Source of the DNA: Octopus vulgaris
Taxonomy: Eukaryota
Reading direction: 5' to 3'
NCBI GenBank assembly: GCA_951406725.2
Contig: OX597815.1
Coordinates: 75,330,001-75,394,000 of the forward strand
Length of the DNA: 64,000 nucleotides
This document shows positions 55,854-64,000 of the stretch, in pieces. The notes under the pieces are model-generated. The model ran no database searches. It saw only the letters and a program-made list of their open reading frames with translations, and had not been told where the DNA came from. Made by a program: the position numbers and the translations under genes. Position 1 is the first letter of the stretch, and each line of letters opens with the position of its first letter.

Positions 55854-58391
55854 ATCAGGGAGAAAGAGAGAGAGAAAGAGAGCGAGAGACAGAGAGAGAT
55901 CGAGAGAGAAAATTTATAGATAAACCTGTTAGGTAAAATATTTCTAAGACTTTTTTCAGAACATGTATGGAGAACAGTTTTCTCTTGGGCGCCTTTTTGG
56001 CAGATACATCAGGTTTCTCAATGAGGGTTCAAAACATATCATTATATATGTACAAGACCAAAGAGAAGATTTATGAACATAGTCCATCCCTCTTTTCTAA
56101 TTTTGTTGCTCAGCACAGTGAAGTCTTTGCTTGTCACTCCTAACGTGCTGAACACCAGCCCATATCGCATATTAATTTTTGGGAACCCAAAATATAACCT
56201 CCCAACTATGTTGATGTTATTGACAGGGACATGCAACATGAAATTAAGGATCTACGAAAGCCATTTGGGGTCAGAGATAACTAGTGCAGTGAGACTAATC
56301 TCGGTGGTTGACACTTGAAGAAAGAAAATATATAAATATATAGGAAATGGGTAACTAAGCAGACGATATTTATGAATATAGTTATATGAATATAGAGACA
56401 GAGAAGTAAATAGGTGATGAGTAGATTAAAATATAGATTGATGGAAAGATTGTAATTCATTTAATCAGATGGTTGGATGACAATATGACAACTGTAGTTT
56501 ATTTCTGTTCTGATTAATTTGCAGCAATATAATTAGCATACTTTATAGCAATTCAAAAGTCCAGTATAATTTTTGATAAAACGTTTGTCGAATTAAATTT
56601 TTTTTAATATTTGCTTATTTCATTGAATTATGAGTATATGGAATGAAATGGTTTAATACCCAACTCATAAATCCATAATCAGAGTGAATGAAATGGTCTT
56701 CAAGTTCGAATCGAAATCCAGATTGTGCGGTCGACTTCTTACACTATAACACACGTCGCAAAAATTCTTGATTAATGAAAAATACGGGATTAATAGAAGG
56801 TAATGATTGCGCAGATTACTGAAATTATAGGTAACTATGCTTAAGCGTTTTTGTCTAGTGGCGTGGCGCGATAAAGTTAGAGAAGGATTAAACTGTCGAT
56901 CAAATCTGCAATATTCTTCCGGTCCAGATAAATGCGAAAGTCAGTCTTGACTGAGAACTGTCGGGAACGAAATTAAATATTGATATACGTGAGTAGATGC
57001 GTGAAGCAGTGAAGGAAAACACTAACTTAAGACCAGTTCAAATGTGTTTGAGAGATATTTGAACCTGTAAAGGCTTTCTAATGCAGTTTACCTTCAGCGA
57101 AAATTTCTGCGCCATAACAAAATGTAATGGAAAATTTTTTAAGGTACTCATATTCCCATAAAATTGGTATATTTTCACCAGGTGTTTCATTCTTTACCTC
57201 TCCACACAAAAATGCCCTTATTACTAAAGGAAAAATATATTTATTTCTTATTCATTCAATATTGTAGCGTCACAGAAGTCGTAGAGCCATTTCATTATTT
57301 AATTACAACTTAGGTTCAAATATTGCCCGGATGCTTTTAGATTTCGTCTCTCTGGAGACGATAAAATGAATATCATTCATTTTCTTGGGTATATTCTACT
57401 GACTGTTGATCCCTTCCTTTCCAATAAATACCTCGTAGTCTTGGACCATGTAAGAAATCAATATTACTATTTATATTACAATAAACATTTTTACTTTCCT
57501 ATTTAATTTTACAGTAATTTTAATATATTTATATATTAATATTGTAGGTTAAAAACCAAATCTATCAAGTATATTATAAATGAACACAAACAATATTCCT
57601 CAATTTCATATGTAATAATCTGACGCATACTTTTTATGTTTTTTTTTTATTTTTCATTTTCTCCCTTTATATTTCCTATTTACTATTACTTATCAAGATT
57701 TGATAAATTTCAATCATATAGCCCTTATGATTATTAATATGAAAATCATTGTAAAAACTAAATATTGATTTCTCGCATTAGCTTAAATAATAAAATATAT
57801 TTATGTTCATAGCAACTACACATCAAAAATATTGTTAAAATGCAGTAAAACATTCATACATCAGAACATATATTATGATAGGGATAATAATAACGGTATT
57901 TAAACTATTTTATAGGAGACAACAAGTAGTCTGTTTTGCTTGGTCGGTGGCAACATCTTACTCTGAGAAGCTATACAAGTGACAAAGCTCTGAGTATTCA
58001 ATATATGACTTCCACGAAATATTTTACACTCAGTTAAATATTCAAACATTATCAACTGTCGTTTTGCTGTTGTTTTTACCATAGGTATTCCCAAATCGAA
58101 AAGATCTGTGATCAAAGACATTCTACCTATGACCAAGAGGATGAAATTTAAGGAAAATTTGGCTTCTATTTCTAGCAGACTGAGTGACCATGAAGACATT
58201 TTTCAAATACTTTATTTAAGATTGCATCTCTGCCCCTCGGAATATCCATCTTTTTTAAGACAGCAGGTTGTAATTGCGGGAGATTCGGTTACTATTTCTA
58301 ATAGGTCGAACGACTTCGTTTGCTTCTATAGCACACCCAAGATCAAAAGAAGCTTCAAACCACGATAATCCAGTTTGAGTAGCAATTCCAT

Positions 58392-60044
58392 TCCCATTGT
58401 AATTCCACATTTTTGTCGATAGTAAACTGTATCGAACATGAAATAGTTGTTCAGTAGGATGAATTTGAGTGCTGCAATGGGAACCCGAGCTGCTCCAGTG
58501 ATTGAGAACCTTGTAATGGGTTACCATTACAAGGTTCGCAATCACTGGAGCTTAAGTTATATCAATCATCACTACAAAAATATGGTACCTCATTTCATTG
58601 CTATTTAAAGGAGAACTGGAAGATGTATTCGGATGATTGCTTTATACTTTGGAAAGACAGCATGGACAAACTCCTCGATTTCAAAATAATGCTTAACAAT
58701 ATTGATAGCAACATACAATTCACCATGTAAACAACTCCCTTTTCTTGACAGCCTAATTAAAACAGTCAATAACCACGTCGAAACAGACATCTTTTATAAA
58801 CCCACAGATTCTAAACAATACCTATTATTCAACTCATGCCACCCCAAACACATAAAAATTAACATACCTTATAATCTAGCGAAAAGAATCTGTACCATAG
58901 TTTCAGACACCTATACTCGTGAACGAAGACTCCTTGAACTCAGATCAATACTAATCAAAAGACATTACCCAATATCATTAATAAATGATGGCATTAAACG
59001 AGCTATGGAAATAGATATACGAACATTAAGGAAAGTCAACCGAAATACAAAACCAGACTTAAAAATACTCCCGTACATCTCCACACATAACCCTAGAAAC
59101 AACGAAGCTTTCAACATTATCACCCAAAATCTTCCCCTCCTCACTGGAGATAAAACAATGAACAAAATTTTAAGCTCATACAAAATTATCAAAAGCAAAA
59201 TGCAACCTAAATCACTGAAAAAAAAAATATTAACCAGCGCAAGACTATATCCATTAAGAACAGAATCAAAAGTGAAAAAATGTGGTCGACCTAACTGTGG
59301 TACATGCTCCCACCTTTTGGAGGGTTCAGAATTCCACTTTAAACAAGGTGAAATATTTAAGATCAAATCAAATTTCACCTGTGCCTCGGAAAATCTAATC
59401 TATGCCATTACATGCTTAGGGTGTGGTAATAATTATATTGGCCAAACAGGAATATCACTCCATCGAAGAACCACTCTCCACAAAGAACAAATCCGCCACT
59501 CACAATACAGACAGATACAGGTTAGTGAGCACATAGATCGGTGTGCTAGGAATCTTAATCCTAATTTCCTAATTTTCCCCTTCTATCAATGTTCACAGAA
59601 TACCTCAGTACAACAAAGAATGAATAAAGAGGCAACTTTTATCAATAAATATCTTCCCCAACTCAATATGAACACATAACATAATACAGAACACTACCAA
59701 CCTTTCAATTAATACCACTAACCCCCATTCACATTACAGATCTATATCTACCCTAATTGCACCAAATCCAGAACTACTTACCTCCCTTACACATGATCTT
59801 TTTATTCAGGGACTAGTCGACCTGACACCGTTCATTAATCGGTGTGCATTCAAAGTAATTATTAGTAAATTTACGAAACCGGTATGCTTTTACATCTCTT
59901 TAACAATTCACAATAATGACTTTTATTACTTTTATTCCTACCTCAGTTATCTAATTGTATATATCTATGGTTACTTTTCATAAAACGCCTTTACTTTTTT
60001 TGATTTCCAGTGTGCATTTTCGCTTATTTTTCTCCTTACCTTCC

Positions 60045-60047
<3 letters not shown>
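58392..60047 (+). mobile_element. 5'-truncated, 5'-inverted Penelope-like element (Neptune-type)
   Basis: AMGTRAAPVI, YSDDCF, LPFLD, YKPTDSKQYL..SCHP, CGRPNCGTC, NLIYAITC..C..NYIGQT; stop at 59679; ends at (TA)n. Same family as 37039-39200. Confidence 0.93.
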
Positions 60048-60080
<33 letters not shown>

Positions 60081-60227
60081 GGTTAAGTAATTGAGATTCA
60101 AGTGAATTCTAAAGAATTCACATGAATATGGTCCTTAACTAGGATGCACCGGAAATCTATATGGTGTTAACCATACTACAAGTGGGGTGATTACAAATAG
60201 GAAAAAAGCAACAAGAATGGATTAAAA

Positions 60228-60315
60228 TCTCGGTACGATCGTTTCGTACGAGGACATCTTTAATAAGCTACAAAAAATGCAGTGAATACAGATGGCTCGT
60301 ACTCGTCAGCCGAAA
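60228..60315 (-). ncRNA. Type I hammerhead ribozyme with canonical core and long stem II
   Basis: UUUCGG-CUGACGA-GUACGAG..(long loop)..CUCGUAC-GAA-ACGAUCGU-A|CCGAGA. Confidence 0.85.
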
Positions 60316-60385
60316 AAACATCAGGGAATTCCCAAACATCAAAAGGGGTAGATACAAAAGAGGCTGTAAGATTAACTGCATTGAA

Positions 60386-60840
60386 GAAAGTTCGATTCAT
60401 GGAGATCCGATGAAAGGTTTTAAACTTACAGAATTTGTGCATGTCTACATATAGCTCATATTGAATTTTTAATCAAGTTGTGTGAAGAAATTTTCGGATA
60501 CAGTCATGCAAAATTTCTGAAAATCCGAGTAAGAGGCAAAGTGACTGCCATATCATGTAGAGGAAGGTCTGAGTAAAAGCAAAGTGACTGTCATATCGTG
60601 TAGAGGAACAGATTGTTATTGAAATTTACAAGAATCGCAGATAAGTTCGATTCTTGGAGATCCGATGAAAAGTTTTGAACTTACAGAATAAGTGCATGTC
60701 CTTATAGTTCATAATCCAGTTTTGTGAAGAGATTTAGGGTACAATCATGCGAAAAATATCAGGGAATCCGAATGAGAGGCAAAATGACAGTCTTATATTG
60801 TAGCGGTTCAGGTTGTTAATGAATTTTACAAGAATCACAG
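60386..60840. repeat. Diverged ~257-bp tandem duplication upstream of the minus-strand hammerhead
   Basis: AAGTTCGATTC.TGGAGATCCGATGAAA.GTTTT.AACTTACAGAAT occurs near 60388 and 60643. Confidence 0.7.
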
Positions 60841-61186
60841 AGAGAGGAGGAAGGAAGTAAAAATTTAATCAGTTACTGCTATTTAAGCTGTCAAAGAGAA
60901 AGGAAAGGGGAAGCTAAGGGGATGGACACAAGTTGATACTAACAGAAAATCTAAGCTTGTTTAGTGCAAAATTCGAACTGAGGTCAACAATTTATTTCTT
61001 TATTTATAAATGTTACTATTAATAGAATGTCAGGTTGCAATGAGAGGTCATTAGAAAGGAAAGAAAAATGGGGTTGTTTATAAATGAAATCAAACAATTA
61101 TATTATTATTATACTATACTATAATACACTACACTATATTATATTATATTATTTTATATTATATTATATCACATCACAATACACTA

Positions 61187-61266
<80 letters not shown>

Positions 61267-61279
61267 ATATATATACACA

Positions 61280-61343
<64 letters not shown>

Positions 61344-61647
61344 GCATATATGCATGTATGTATGTATGTATATATGTATATATGTATGTATGTACGTATG
61401 TATGTTTATCGGTGCGTTCGGACAACCGGTTATTTTGTATACAATATCACTAGTGTGATCCAGGTGAAGTGGAAAACAATATTTTTCTAGAAAAGCAAAA
61501 CAATAAATAAGGCAAAAAATTATGACGAAAATGTTAATCATTTTCTTGAAAGCTCTATTTAAACTCAGAAATTAACAAGCCACTCTCCTTCTTCTATAAC
61601 TCTTTCTGGATTGTAGGGGAAAAAAAACAAACGTCATGAAAACAGAA

Positions 61648-61700
61648 TGATTACGTCAATCAGGTCTCAAGATGGCGAATATACATCATCACTTCCGGTT
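61648..61700. promoter_or_regulatory. Possible promoter-like motif cluster (CRE-like, YY1, ETS)
   Basis: TTACGTCA 61651-61658, CAAGATGGCG 61668-61677 and ACTTCCGG 61691-61698 in unique sequence. Confidence 0.3.
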
Positions 61701-62937
61701 AATCGTATTTAACGAAATGAATTTTTCATCTCTTGCTACTGCCTTACCATGACAAATAGACAATGCACCATGATAGTTAAATTTTCGACAGCATGATGTA
61801 TTTCTATGCGAGAAATCCGTGGTTGGATGAAAGTCTTTCAAAAATTGTAACACTTCTTTCTTTCCCTTCTCTTTTCAGTCTTTATTTTTTTTTATCGTTC
61901 ACTCACCCGTCATTCTTTGCCCAGCTTGCTTTTGTCTCCATTTCGTTTAAAGGTTTCCCTTACTTAAGACTGCTACGGTGTGGGTCTGCTTAAGCGTTAA
62001 AGAAATATATAAGTCATGCACGTGTGCATCTCTGTGCATCTATATACGAGCAAGTGTGTGCATGCGTGTGTGTGTGTGTGCGGCTTTGTGGATGTCTAAA
62101 TGTATTTATGCATATGTGCGTGCTTCAGCAGATGAGGATATGTTTATAAACGTTAGTTATATCTGAATATATTTCTTATGTGGATGTATGTTCTACACGT
62201 ATATTTTTGCGACTATTTAACTAAGTTACAATATGCTTGTGTTTCAAAATGAGTATGTATAAGTATATACGTTGTTCGTGTGTTTATCAGTTGTTCATGT
62301 GTTTATCAGTGTGTTTGTGTGTGCATAAGTGATTAATATATCATCTTAACAAAAAGATGGAAGGTGAATTTAGGCATCATCGGCAACATTTCGACCACCT
62401 AGGGCTCTTAGTATCAGTGCTTAAGACCTCCCATAGTCTGAAACAATAGACACTGGCAAGCTTCCATTGTGTAGAGATACAGAGACACAGGGTCAGTGAG
62501 AGACAGTGGGGGGAGGGAGAAAGAAATGCAGAACGAAAAAGGGATGAGCAGAGAAAAAAATGAGAAGGTTGGAAAGAGACGATTAATGGGAAACAAGACA
62601 GGGCAACGAGTGAATGCAAAGGCGTAGGCTGAGAAAACTTAAGTGAAAGAAGAACTGTTTGATTAAACTAATCGAGCCTCTCGTTCCTACAGCCCCGAAC
62701 CCAACCCAGACCAAGTGAAACAAGTCGTACACTTGGTCATCCGTTAAACGTCTATTCCATTCCATTTAAGTTTTCCGGGACGCTGCTCGTAGACATTACA
62801 TCGCTGGAACGACGTTTGGTTATGAATTATAGATGTTTGGTTTCGGTCCGATCCCGCGTAATTTGTGGTCCTGGAGAGGTGCAGAGTTAGGCGCGAATGA
62901 CAGGAACATAATTCACTTGTTTAACCACCAAATGCAC

Positions 62938-62984
<47 letters not shown>

Positions 62985-64000
62985 GTGTGAGCGTGAGTGT
63001 GTGTGTTTACATACACTCATATATATGTATGGTGTATATATATGTATATATATATGTATATATATGTATAAATATGTGTGTGTGTATATATATGTATATA
63101 TATATATATATATACATGAACATACATATAAAACATATATGTATATATGTGTGTATACGTGTCAGCACATGAGTGTACGTATATGTGTGTATACACACGC
63201 GCGCGCGCGCACACACACACACACCTTCATACATAAATAAGCAGATAGTGAGGAAAGGGTTGGGGAAGGAACCAAATAAAATCAACAAAACAGATTGAAT
63301 AAGTTCGCGATCAGAATTTTAATGATGAGTCTCGGAGAAGTGGAAAGAATTAACTATGACGTTTCGATATTATTCCTTCTTCGGGAACATAGAGCCAACA
63401 TGGTAAAAAAGGAAGAAAGGATTAGGCAAAATAGCCCACATGTGTTCATTACTTAACATTAGCATTATCAGTAAATATATAAGTTCAACTGACTAATCAT
63501 TCAAGTGCACAATGAATCAATAGGCAATCGGTGCTATGATTATGTTTCTGTGTGAATTAAACAGATGCGATCAATGGACATCAGATATATCAAATATCTA
63601 ACGCAATTTATCTTACACGAAATCTAAACGATTTGATAGTCTTTCACTTAGCCAGCTGCTGTTGAACTAGACACAGTTGTACTGGGGGACACCAACTACA
63701 GTGGTGTCTCTAGTTTCAGTCGTAACCAACGAAGCCGTCCTTTATACATAATATATCTATACATGATATTCAATGCATTTCTCACTTTTTAAGAGAGAAA
63801 TGTTTTTGATGCTTTTATTAAGATATTTTTCTTAAATACATTGCTTTTGTTACAATGAATATCGAAGATAAGGAAAAATTTTGTAAAATAATTCAGTCAT
63901 TATTAATGTGGTGTTTGGAATGTAAATTAATGTGAAAATTTGGTGGAAGATTGTAATTTAGATCACTTCAACACTTTTCTTAGCGTATTTTCTGTTGAGA

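Overview
AT-rich, microsatellite-dense eukaryotic non-coding DNA. The SINE families and repeat landscape suggest a coleoid cephalopod, probably Octopus (inferred from recognition, not from a search). I cannot support any host protein-coding gene. The window is a mosaic of tRNA-derived SINEs, decayed mariner/Tc1 elements and MITEs, a probable non-autonomous Helitron, two R4/Dong-type RLE LINEs in (AAT)n tracts and two Neptune-like Penelope elements ending in (TA)n. The most notable feature is a near-identical 360-bp tandem array at 30368-32126, arranged as two divergent blocks. Each monomer carries a type I hammerhead ribozyme with a variant core (CCGAUGA), which makes it a candidate retrozyme/circular-RNA element. 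Several other hammerhead motifs and fold-back Penelope-LTR-like palindromes occur across the window. All structures were folded by eye.
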